Of a stretch of 64,000 nt of DNA, positions 41,540 to 53,989 are shown piece after piece. Position 1 is the first letter of the stretch; every line of letters starts with the position of its first letter. The DNA comes from Phoronis australis (lineage: Eukaryota; Animalia; Phoronida): positions 135,233 through 199,232 of the forward strand of contig NMRA01000279.1 of assembly GCA_002633005.1 (NCBI GenBank), written 5' to 3'. The notes beneath the pieces are model-generated. The model had not been told where the DNA came from, searched no databases, and was given only the letters and a program-made list of their open reading frames with translations. Both the position numbers and the translations under genes were made by a program.

Positions 41540-42870
41540 GCAAACACAGGGAAAAACAAAATTGCCACAAGGCAACTCTGCAGAAGTAAGATTTGTGCTA
41601 AAATCCATTTCAACTGAACTCTCCTCAATAGACACACATGCCAAATTTCATGAAGATCCACCAAGGAAATTGTCATCAGCCAGTCAAAAAAATAAATTGC
41701 CACAAGACTGTCATAGCAGTCAGACCCATTCAGAAATCATTGTCAGTCACGCACTTTCTAGTACCAACACATATAAATGATAGTGATTTGCCCAATAGAG
41801 AGCCATACGTCAAAAACCAGCCTAAAAATAATAACAATGGCCACCAGGTGGCATAAAATATGTTGACTCCATCAAAAAAATGGGAAGGTGTCATCATACC
41901 TTGAACAGAAACTTTTTGCCATGTTTCATGAAAATCTGCCAGGGAACTCCAAGGATATGGAGGAAAGCATAAAAACTAATATTACAAGGCAAAAAACATA
42001 ATAGGATACATCTCCAAGATGCTGCCATCTGTTGTCCCGTTCCTATACAAATTTAACAAAGAACCTTCAAGCAGTTTAGGAGATATAGCCGTGGACAAGA
42101 AAAAACTTCCACAGTAGTCGGGAGCCATCAAAAGTCATTGTCAGCTGTGCCAATTTTCACAATAATCCTTAAAGTGGTTTGTTGGATAGACGGAAGCAAA
42201 ACAAACAAATTCAAACATAAAAATGGCCACAAGGTGGCGTATAATAGGTAAAATCTATTGGAAAATGAGAAAGTGTCAAACCTACTTTCCAAATTCTAAG
42301 AAAATCCATCAAGGAATTCCAAAGAAACAGAGGAAGACCTAAAAAATAAAATTCCCTCTAGGGGGTAGAGTAGTAGTTAGAGCTGTCCATAAGTCATTGG
42401 CATTAGCTATAACTTCCGCAGAACTACAGGTAATTTAACACAACGTTTCCCCTAGAGATTCATGAAATACGTTCGTGGATGCAAAAAACAAAACTGCCAC
42501 AAGACGGAGCCATCCTCCACATACCATACATCAATTTTCAAAATCATAATTAGAGTTGTTTGGCTGATGGGGTGCATGCCAAAAATCAGACCTGAGAACT
42601 GCAAAAACGGCCACTACAGAATACCCCAAATCGATTCGGAAACGAGAAGCCCACATTGTCTTCAACACCTATTGCCAAATTTCATGAAATGAACTCCAAA
42701 GATACAGAAGTCAATGTTAGAAACTAAAATTGCCACTAGGGGGCACAATGGTAGTCGGATCCATCCAAATTAGCTCATGGCCATCCCATCCATGATAGGA
42801 ACACACTAGCAAAATTTTACAAACATCCATAAAGGGGTTTTGGAAATACAGCAGTGGACACAGGACGCAC
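41540..42870. repeat. decayed multi-unit repeat (probably transposon-derived) with CTCF-like motifs
   Basis: Recurring CCAAATTTCATGAA.ATCCA.CAAGG (~41641, 41919, 42289, 42676, 42810) and AAATTGCCAC / CCACNAGGKGGC units. Confidence 0.65.
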
Positions 42871-45800
42871 GAGGATGACAGTCTAATGCACTCACATACA
42901 CAACTGGACTATAATTACTTAAAAACACCTTGACAAATTAAAAAATGATGAACAGCTTTGTTACAGAAGCTGGACACTGTCTCATTGAGACCACATGACC
43001 AATCTCACCAAACATTAACTTTATGGAAATTAACAGTGAAGATTAGCAGGACATGCCCTCAAATGCTGCTTTGAAAGGCATAGGTATGGTCTCTTGTCCA
43101 TCAAGTCACCATGCTCACTTACTATTGTCAGAAGTGAACTATGTAATTAAAAATATAAAGCTCTCTGATGCGGCATTGTTGCTACTGTTGGTTGTACTAA
43201 GAGGCACATAATCTTAAAAGAACACCTTATACAACTTTGAACAAATAATCTGTGATGACACAGCAGGAAAGCCCTTACTGCTCCACTGTTCACCAGTGGT
43301 TTATTCTAATACATTTGTCATAAGCTCCCACCACCCTCATTGCTGAGTGCAGAATACCTAACCAACCATAAGTCAGTGGCAGACAGCAAATGAGAAATGA
43401 GCTAGAAAAGGACTGCCTGCTGTATTCAGATTTCATGGAATATGAGGCAGCTCTCATGCTTGAATACACCAAGATATTGTGATGGTTAACCAATGTTGTG
43501 TGCTTACTGTCTAAGGGGGATCAACAATTGGTTGGGCTTCAAAACCATGTGCACACTCCCAGTTTCAATTTACATCGAGTTTGAGAAAATATGTTTTCGT
43601 GTTCAGTATGTTTTTGTGGTTTGTGTGTGCGTGCGTGTGAACAATCATTCACTAAAAAAGTTAACCATTTTTACTACTTAAATGTGCGTTTCAAAGGATA
43701 CTGTCATAGTGACATTTATACGTGGAAGCTGAGCTTAACTTAACTGGCAGTCATGGGACCAACTCAGTCATTACTCTCAACTAGGTCTCCAGTGTTTTGT
43801 AGCAAAAGATCTCGCACACGATATGTTCAGAATTTAATCAGGATAATAGACAACCTTAGTTACCAAGGCTTAAATTTCATAACTAACTTTTTCTTAATAG
43901 TGAACAACAGTTTATATATTTTTAAAGTCTTAGATCACAGTATTGTATGTGCATGAAAGCAAAATACACATGTCTCTAATTAATTTCATGCTGAAATGCC
44001 ATCATTTGAGAATATGTCCTAATAAAGCCAGATTACAATAAAAGTCATTTAGTACTGATTTGAACAAGACCAAAACAGAAATATTTAACTTGTCTATGAA
44101 CCATGTAGAAAATCGTGTCTGGACTTCTAGACCCAGAGATCAGCTGTCAAAAATGTTGACGTCTTTCATTTTCAGAAGCTGACTTCTTAGGCTAAAAGGT
44201 CTTAAAATCTCAGGCACACCTTTGCCCAATTCCGCAAAAAAATTAACACTGTTCTAAGACTTTTTAGCAAAAACGCAGTCACACGATTACAATTTACAAA
44301 TACCTGGGTTTTATTTTTTGTGCACTTAGAGACCACCAAGGATTTTAAAGTATGAAGTTTTATGGGATTACAACTAAAGCTATTTAAGAAATTTGATCCC
44401 TTGCAATGAAGGTAGCTAATTACCTTAAAACACGTCCCAGAACTGTAGACAGATTTCTGCTGGAAAAAAGCTTTTTTGAAAACACGGATAACTAAAAAAA
44501 TACCGCATCACTGCATAAAAAACACAGACAAGAAACAATTATGTTACTTTGTTTGGCCTTGCATTACAAAATGACTGGTCATACGAAAAAGCATTATTTG
44601 GAAAGCAACATGAATTTGGTTGATGTAATGCAATTCAGATTATAACGTTTGGATTGCAACAAAAATGAACTGAGGAGTGTTTTTAACACAGCTATTTACT
44701 ACTAAATCAAATTACAGTTGAGCAATAAATAATCTACGGCAAAGAAGATAAGTAATTAGGGGACGGCAAAGAAGATAAATAATTAGGGGAGTTTATTTAC
44801 TAATTAGGGAAGATTATTTATGCCAAAGCAACAAAACAGGAGCCCATACTGGGAAATTTACATCACCCTTGACTACACATTAGCAACAACAAGGCCTTAT
44901 TGTTCAATAATTCAATCTCAGACAAAATCCCTATTTTGTTGCACAACGCTAATTGATTTTGCATTAGCAATGAGCTTTTTGTGCATCAAACACAATGTCA
45001 GCAGCTATCGCTTACCGTCATGGAAACAACGTGTTTTTAATTATAGTGACTGAGCAGCTATCACAAAAATAAGTTAGATTCGTAGCAGGAGAGCCCTGCC
45101 TGACAAACAGTATACATATTTTCAAAACATATTTGTCAAAATCGTCATTTTCCAACTTACAAAATTTTACTGTATTGTTACAAGTGCCAGAACGTCATTG
45201 TTTATCGGTTAATGGCAGTTGTACAATATCAGTTCTGGATATGATGAAGCAGAGTTTTTGCACTATTTACTTTTGTTCAAAATTTTGTTGAAATAATGTT
45301 TCACCGTTGTGCCATATTGCGCTGATACAGGAAACTTTACCTATTTAGTTCCCCAACAGATGCAAAAATAACAAAATACTTTGAACACATGCGATAACAT
45401 CAGAAAAAAAAACGCGTTACAGGGACAACTTGACAGCACGTGAGAAGAACACATTCCTAATCTTGTCTTCAGAAAGCAAGTTGTTACCCTTACCCTTATA
45501 AATAAGAACTGTAATTTCCATTTGTGTCCCCACTTTTGTCTGTCAGACACTGCTTTTTACCATCAAGTAATTCAGTGCACCATTAGTACACCAGTGGCTA
45601 CATGGTAATGATTTACATAGAATGTAAATATTAGGACTCCACCTGCTTGAACAATAAGCTATAAGTGAAACCGACAGCCATGAGTAAGAACACAGCGTAT
45701 GATGCTTCAGCAACTGATAGTCCAATGAAAAGGTGACAACTTATCCAGAAGTTATGAGATAACAAGCTTAGCCAGGTAGCTGGCAATCTGCAATTTCAAT

Positions 45801-48145
45801 CAACCCAAGCTCGTTTCCAGTGAAACTTCATTTTCATGTGAGAGATTTATAGCTAACCGTTTTGAGACATTTTTATTTCATAAATTTCCTGTTAGTTACC
45901 ACTATTAATCATCAGTATTTCATTGCCAGTTCTCATATGCTCCCATTTTGAGACCTGCCTTTTTGTGTTGCAGTTGAACTTTACCAGGCAAACGATTTAG
46001 CAAGTCCTGACAGTGAAGCTTCCCAAAATAAGATTGTTGATGTATTTATCCAATGTTACAATTCCGCTCTTTGTTTGTGGAGGTAGAAAAATCCCTTGTG
46101 CCATTGACTTAGATTTCCAAATGTCGCTAACACATTTCTGAGCAGAGTCATACAAGCAAAGAACGTTTAATCGTGCATCGTTTAGCTACTTAACTTGAAT
46201 GCCTGCATTGTCCCTCACTCACTGAGCAACAGTTAAACTTTATTCATAGGTACCAGAATGACAAATGACTAACAAATGTTAGAACAGTTATGATAAGCAT
46301 GAGTATTGTACAGCTGTGAGGTAAGTGGTTCACAGTGAACAGCATTGTGGGTAAATACCACAGAATCAAAGAGGGCGCTGCAGTATTCAGAGAAGTGGCT
46401 TTTCGTAGGCACCACACCACATCAGAGGGGCAACCGAACACCCAATACAACTATACTGGTGCAGGTGTCATGTACTTAGGACAGCAGGAGTCCAAATTTG
46501 CAATGCAAAATAAGAACTTTTCACCTCACCAAAGATACAATTTACAAATATTAATAAAAGTGCCATCTTTATTCAGCAACCTCTTTGTTCGATCAATAAG
46601 CTCGATGAAGCAGTTGTGAATGAAGGCAGATTTCCTGTTAATAGGTTTTACCTTTTTCACAGGTAGCAATAAGCCTTGTCAAAAATGACATGTGGTGTAA
46701 CACAAAATTTTCCCAATTAGAGCACCTCATTGGCTCAACTACACCGGAATGTTACTTCTGCAAAACGTGGCCAATGAGAAAAAAGACAAGAGTGATTTGG
46801 CAGAATTTTGTGGGGATGCCCTAAAAATTATCATAACCAAATTGACTCAAGGTTTCTTTAATTGGTACATTCTCCCAAACTCAACTGCTTAAGACTGGTC
46901 TCAGTTTGTTCCCTACTCATTTGAGACGTGATTTCAAAGATGCATAGTCTCATAAAATAATGAATATGCAAATAAAGTACTAATTTACAAACAACCCTAG
47001 GTCTTCCAGTGTGCCGAAAACCATCCGTGAACCAGTTACCATTACAATCTGGCAAGTCTCATTTTGCGAGCCTATTTTAAAGTAAACAAGGCACAGTTAT
47101 TATTATTTGTTTATTTCACTACCAAATAACGATTGCGTAATATCATACAAGGGTTTTTATAGGCACACACATGTTTTTGAGTGTATCAGTTTCAGTGTTT
47201 TATTTAAAACTGCAATTTATTTACAAATTGTTTCTTTCCCTGATTATATCTGTATACGAAGTTCTCCAGGAAGTCACTAGGTGCTGCTTGCTACAAATTT
47301 AAATATTCAATGTATTAATGAGACATAGCATCTATAAGTCTTGCACAGAAAGACAGTTCATCATTCCTCAAGACCACACTCAGTGCATAAAATGACACGT
47401 CTGTGACAAGTCAACTTGTAGAGTCTCGTCTCGAGAAAGAACAAACTGCAAGTTCTTGCCCAGGAATCAAGACCTACAATTTGAGACCACTGTCATTACA
47501 GAAAGTAGTCAAAATCAAAAAATGTGACGGATGGTGGTTTTACACAGCTGCTTTAAATAGTTTTTTCCTCCAACAGGAGACTACGTTAAAACATCACCAG
47601 GCTGCCCAGAACATTTTGTATCTGTTTTTCTGGGCTTTACACTGAAATCGAGGGGGAGGTACATTTCACACAGGCATCATGTCTATTAATTATTTGTGTT
47701 TCCATGACAACAAGTAATTTCATAAAATTCTACCAAAATTTTGATGTTCACACAATAGTTACAGAAGTCATCTCTCATCTGAGGTCGACTAACCAGAACC
47801 TCAACTAATACACTTTATATTCGCTTTCGGACAAGAGAGGTTTAAACACGCCGTCCCGACTAAGAGAACAACGCCAATGAATCCGCCATTGACGGAGGAA
47901 TAGCGCGCGGAAAGGTGTTCTCCGCAAATCACTGGTACCAATTTAGGTTACTAGCTCTTACGACACGTTACGTAAGAGTGCGGAGTTATTAACGCTAAAC
48001 AATACACATGTCGTAACTCCACCAACAACTTGCAAGTGATCTTATGAACAATTATATAACCATCACACTAAGTACATAGTTTTCAAAATGGCGACTACAA
48101 CGAAGTCGTATGCATGTGGCCGGAGACTTTAATAACGTAACTCAC

Positions 48146-48239
48146 CGTAACTGTCCGTCCGCTGGGGTTGGTAGGCCGATATAGGCGGCATGTAAGACGG
48201 GTCCTGGGTGGCTCCGAAATAATATGCTGTTTCTGACAT
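48146..48239 (-). CDS. first coding exon of the bZIP gene (MSETAYYFGATQDPSYMPPISAYQPQRTDSY-)
   Basis: aaagATG, 31 codons + 1 nt, donor ACG|GTGAGT (phase 1), in a CpG-rich region. E1+E2+E3+bZIP exon = 825 nt = 274 aa + stop. Confidence 0.8.
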
Positions 48240-48329
48240 CTTTCAACAAGCGGGAAGGTGACTTTACATTTGCAAATATTCGGCTACCTTATTAAAGAAT
48301 TTATTTGCTCCCAGCAAAAGTGGTTGTGT

Positions 48330-48615
48330 ATACACGACGTAATCAGTAGAACCCATTTTTAGGGGTGTCGGGATAGTAAAAGGTATGATTTAATTTTTAC
48401 TGAATATCTGACTTAAGTACTTTTTTGTTACTGTGTATATCGTCGAACAGGTCAACGAGTACACCAAACTTTACGTCAGCGTGGAAACTGTTGGGAAGTA
48501 ATTACCGCAAATTTGTTACGTAATGTACCTTGAGAATAGAACGATCCACCTTGTAGAGGATGACCTATATAACTGACCAATGGCCAGTAAGGTCAAATAA
48601 CTCTAGATGGCGCAA
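48330..48615 (-). promoter_or_regulatory. distal promoter with D-box, CRE/D hybrid, RORE-like, CCAAT and CTCF-like motifs
   Basis: TTACGTCA 48471; GTTACGTAAT 48515; TGACCTATATA (TATATAGGTCA on minus) 48561; TGACCAATGG 48574; CTCTAGATGGCGC 48601. Confidence 0.6.
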
Positions 48616-49284
48616 CATTAGACTTCATTACTGGGTGATTGATCGCCTAAGCAGGAAAGAGTCAATATCAACGAATAACGGATGCGAAAAACGCCGCGTC
48701 TCACGTTTAAAAAATGATCCTCCAGTTCGCATAGTTTGAGTGTATAGGTTTAACAACATGTTCTGTTTTATGTTCACTCGTTTCAATAAAGTCGTATTTC
48801 CCCGCATTCTGTTTAAGCATAGCCGGCGTCGGTCATCCATTCGCTACGGCCGTACTCCGTCACGGTGTTCGCAGTTTAAATAGCGTGTAGGCCTGGTAAA
48901 ATTTAAAAAATAGTACTGAAACAGACCTATAATAAAAATGATGTTGAAAAGATATTTATTGGAACTTGATAGTTATTTCTGTTGACCTTGACTGGTCTCA
49001 GAGGGGTTTTAGTTAAGATTGGTAGGCGCCAACATAGAATTTTAAAACACAAATTCGTCACCCTAGCGATTTCTCTGCTTGCATAGTTTGTGGATTGATT
49101 CCAACATGTTGATTTGTTCAATTTTAACGCCAATTCATGCAAAAGTTCTTGAATTTTATAAAGATTCGGTATTTCCCTGGTCTTCGATAGCCCTACATCG
49201 AAATAGTTTTGCGCCGAGATGGGTCAGAGAAATTCAGTAAACTAATTAAACTTAGCTTTCAAATTGGCAAATAATTATATATTT

Positions 49285-49290
<6 letters not shown>

Positions 49291-49327
<37 letters not shown>

Positions 49328-49380
49328 NGGGGGGGGAGGGAGGGAGGGAGGGAGGGAGGGAGTGAGGGAGGGAGGGAGAG
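49291..49380. repeat. polypurine tract (AG)15, G-run and (GGGA)n
   Basis: Read directly; contains one N. Confidence 0.9.
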
Positions 49381-51769
49381 ATGAGTATAAGGTAGGACGC
49401 GGGGACCGGGATGTCGTCTCCTCACTTTTTACAGTGAGGGAACGCTATCCTCGGTAAATTTACATTTTTTGTCATACTGTTTCCAGAACAATTTCTACAA
49501 AACGACTTATGAAACAATTATCACAAAGTTGAATAACAGTAATGATGAGAAACGGACAAAATAGGAGACAATCTTGAACGAAACAGATGAACTTTTATCA
49601 CCTAGATTTCACAAGATATGTTTTAATTAAGCCACTATTTCAGAGAAAATCCGCCATAAGTGTTTTAAAGAACGTTCAAAAACTAAATTTAGAGAGACCC
49701 CAACTACAAGCCATTTAAAAAATCCCAGGTTAATTAGGCCTCCGAGTCTGTCGTTGGTCACGGTACTATATTTCGGAGAGCTATAAGGATAAGACAAACT
49801 TCATTTATGTCTTCTTTCAAAAGTACATACACATGATAAAGGAACAGAATCAGAACCTTCCCAGACACGTTAGAGACAACTCTTAAGTCATAAAGATAAG
49901 AACTACTACCATGAGCATTACTTTTTTTCTAAAATTAAAAGGCAGGTCCTGGCAATCGATCTCAAATCTCTTACATTTAGAACACATCACGGAGAAAAAG
50001 TTTTCTTTATCATTAAAAGATGTAAGATTAACATTTAATGGATGAAACAAATCTGGTCTTAGGTCAAGATCAGCTGAATACTGTATTAAACATGAACTTC
50101 GTCTTCAACTACCCCACACTGGCACTGGTTACAGGTTCTATTTTCACACCGCAGGCCACAATATCGGCCGCTATATATATAATTTATCTCATTCACGAAG
50201 GGTACATTAACGGTTTTATGTCCGCATTTTGGGATTTGTTGGATGGCATAGGATTCTTGAAGTAATTTGTTTCGACGAGAGCAAAAAAAATCCGTTGTGT
50301 TTGTGTGGTTTTGCTACAAATCGCCATCGTCTGTCAAACATTTATTGAAATCGAGGCTGGTGATTTTACCCGTTAAGTACGCTTGAAATACACATGTATT
50401 TATTGAGTTGGATTAATCCGCGCAAGCAGAGCGTTAGGCTGCATCAGCGGGTGTTGTAAGTTACTTCGAATCCGAGCTGAAGCTGACCTCAGAAAATCAA
50501 TTTTCTCGCCGATAATGTCTTTTGAAACATAAACGTTTCCGCCGGCGTCCGTCTCAGACGGTTCCAGTTTAGATTGATACAGAGCACTCTGAGTATAATT
50601 TCTTATCTATATAAAATTGGAATCGCGTAATCCGACATATATGCGATTAGTAGATTTGTTCAAGAAACGTTGAGCCACTCATACCCGTCATTTCACAAAG
50701 GGTTTATAGTCTCTAACGGTTCAGCGTTTCTCTGAATACCATAGTGCATCATTAGATAACATTAAACCAACTTTGGGATTTGGTGAGAGACATTCAGCTG
50801 CAAACTTGATTTTGGTTTTACCGAAATATTTTATATTTAGGTAAGTGGTTACGCAAAAACAGACCAATCGATTTATTCACTGACTAAAGATAATGAATGC
50901 ATTTTTCTGTTTGGTAGTCGTTTTTTAAATCACTACCAAATTGGCGATTTCACGAAGTTTCACATCAATAATTCGACTAAACTGGATTCCTATTCACTTT
51001 CTATTACGGTTTAATAGCGGAATTTTTCGCGCGATAGTGGCATTGTATACTTGTCGTTGTTGTTGTTGATTTTTTGAAAATTAAGAAATACCCGTTTACT
51101 GAAGATTTATGAACAAGATCCCTATACTTCCATCATTTATTTGTGAGGTCGTGTTTTATAAACGCCAAAGCATTGATTACTCTGCTTCATAATGTCACTA
51201 ATTAGGCGACAGTTACAGGTTATCGCAACACTTAGGGATGCTAGCTTGACTGCGTAATCAGACAGGAATAACGATTTATCTAAGCTGCTAGCATATTTCC
51301 GTTTTGTATATTGTTGACACCGACTATTTCTTTTTGGAGAACAAGTAGCATAAGCGCCATTCGATTATGCGGTTCGTACCTGTAGGTCCTTTAGGTGGAG
51401 GCAAATAGAGACATTAAGGTTCTGATTTCTTGTTTTATTTACATGTACACGTTAATTAAGTCCTTTTTTAAAGAAAAAAAGCAAAAAATCATGCAAGTTT
51501 TTGTATTGCATTACTAAAACTAAGCGCGATATGCAAAACTATAATATCGCAAAAACTTCGTGAAAAGTGGGCTACTGATATGAGCTACGGTCATGAGTAT
51601 AGCGATACAGATATTTGTGGTGACTTTTTCTATGCATTATCACGCGAGAGAAAAACACAGCATTTCTTACGTTGAGTGGCAACTTTTAAATGTGTTCGGA
51701 TCATGCGAACGGCCTGCCTGCTGAGACCATTTTTTCCATAGGCATCTTGATACTTAATGATTTTGTCAT

Positions 51770-51914
51770 TGGTGAATTGCTTCAACGCTAGGGCTTCACT
51801 AGAAAAGCAAGACTTCGCCAGATTACGCGAGATATTGTCGCGTATTTTAAATGAGAACGCGTGATTTTGGCTAGATTTTTCCAGCCGTGAGACAAACACT
51901 AAACTCTACCCTGG
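51770..51914 (+). mobile_element. ~145-bp MITE family copy 3
   Basis: Same core as 10270 and 11806; ends AACTCTACCCTGG. Confidence 0.75.
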
Positions 51915-52394
51915 ATTACGTCTAGTAAAAAATAGTGCGTGGGACAATCGAAAGCGGGAGGGTACGATATACGTAACTTCAGCAAGACATTGTACGATAA
52001 ATGTAATTCTTCCGGCGGGAGTTTGGTATTTGTACAAATATAATAACGCTCACTAATGACGCAGAACACCTTAATGCATACACGTTTCTTTCACAATCAC
52101 AACCTAGTCGTTTCATAGTTCATACAGACAAACCAATGTTACATTCATTTCCACATGAAAAACAATGACTAATAATGCAGTAAATATCCCTCGATCTTGC
52201 AAAGGTTTTACAGGCTTTTTTGACACAAATATTGGCATTTTTTGCAAATCTTATTGATCACGCCAAATTCATTTTAACCGAAAGATCATTACTTTTTTCT
52301 ATTCCCTTGCGCCAGGACTTCGCCACGTGCGCTCTGTCTTTGGTAAGGTGTTACGTCACAATTACCTGTAATTACGCGTGGCCAAGAAGGCAAT

Positions 52395-52543
52395 CCTCGG
52401 TAGAGTTCAGTTGCTGTCTCGCAGCCAAAAAAAATCTGGCAAAATCACGTGGTCTCATTTAATATACGCGGCAATAACTCGCGTAATCTCGCAAAGTTTT
52501 GCTTTTCAACGAGGTCCTGTAGCGTCACTGAACTCTACCCTGG
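52395..52543 (-). mobile_element. ~145-bp MITE family copy 4 (inverted orientation)
   Basis: CCTCGGTAGAGTTCAGT ... ACTGAACTCTACCCTGG TIR; core is the reverse complement of the other copies. Confidence 0.75.
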
Positions 52544-53989
52544 TGTTTTGACGTGAACATGTAGCAACGGTATGACCAAGAGTATTTAAATTTGATTCAT
52601 ATTATGTCCAAAAAACGTGTTCTACTTACTGTATTTAAAAAACGGTTGAAACGGTAGACTAGATTAGTGATAACCCTGCAATTATTCTTATTTTGATGGT
52701 CTCTTACTGAGGTTTAGTTATTCGCTCTGTGGGTGCAAGACTTTTTGAAGAAAATCCCCTAACCCGGTGCTCACAGACGGGTTTCTGACTCTGTGTGAAC
52801 GTCCGGCAACAAGCCAAACAAACGTTCGATGAAGAGTTTTCACGTTCTCGATAGATGTCGCCTTACCATGGAACATTGTGTTGCAAAAAGATAGCTACCA
52901 AATGTGTTTATGCACAATACCATATAAACTTCAAATACATCCCCATGGGCCTGTATTTGAACGAGTTAAATATATAAGGGCATGCGCCTAAGTTTCACTT
53001 ATAGGCGCAACCTGGTGTCACTTTCCTCGTAAATGCATGTCTCAAACTTTGTTTATAGTGTCTTTTTCGTTCTTTCAATGAATAGACAACGAACATTCTC
53101 CATAAAAATGACTTTTATAAGTGACGAGGGAGTGGAACCATACGAGTTGGATTCGAAACCAGACAAGATTTTAAGAATAGTTTCACAGTATTGATTGTTT
53201 CAATAATCAAATTCTAGTTTTTATCAACGAAATAACCTTTGATATGATATGCGGTCTGTCCGCGGCTTTATTGGGGACACCGATTGTAATTTTTCCGCGA
53301 TTACTTTGAGAGACTGCAAAGACATGCGGCTTAGTACACTTTGTGCCGGGACAAAAATCTTGATTTTTTTGGTGTATCGCGTATAAGAATTTTGTTTAAA
53401 TTAAATTTCACCGGTCTTTTTTCAAAACTCGTGTCCAGTGGCTTTACAAACGGCCGGCAAGTACTCTTATACATGAACAAAAGTGAAATTTCGTCATATC
53501 AATTTGTCAGAAAAGATATTTTATCTTGTCAAATTATCGAATACCTCAAAAGCATTTTCTGTATCAAGACATGCATTGCAATTCCACATGCACACAAATC
53601 AATGTTTTGAAAGATCACTACCATATGCGCACAGCGATAACTCGTCACGACACTGCAAACGCAGTGGGTCCAGGATCTAACTTCCCAACTCAAAATCACT
53701 CAACTCAGACTCAGACTCAAAATTAATTAGTTGATCCGAAGTATCCCACGGTCCGTTTTCTAGGCGGGTTCCGAGTACAAACTTTAGATCCCCAATTATC
53801 TAGTCTGTTACAGAGTTGAGCACCGGGAGGTAATTTTTGTAAGCGTGTCAAGGACCTCAATCATTGACTTCGCAACAAAGTATATTTCATGTAAATCTAA
53901 AGCTGCCAAAGTTCAAGGATTTTGCTCAAATCTTATAGCAATGGCTCAATTCTTTTGAGTATCTTGCCAGCACTTTTGAAAACGAATAA

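Noticed and set aside
45010-45022. ATG ACG|GTAAGC (also ATG AGG CAG|GTAATC at ~37568 and a phase-2 donor at ~22511)
   Set aside because: Not phase 1, so not in frame with the bZIP exon. These show that chance ATG+donor pairs occur, so micro-exon calls are kept at low confidence.
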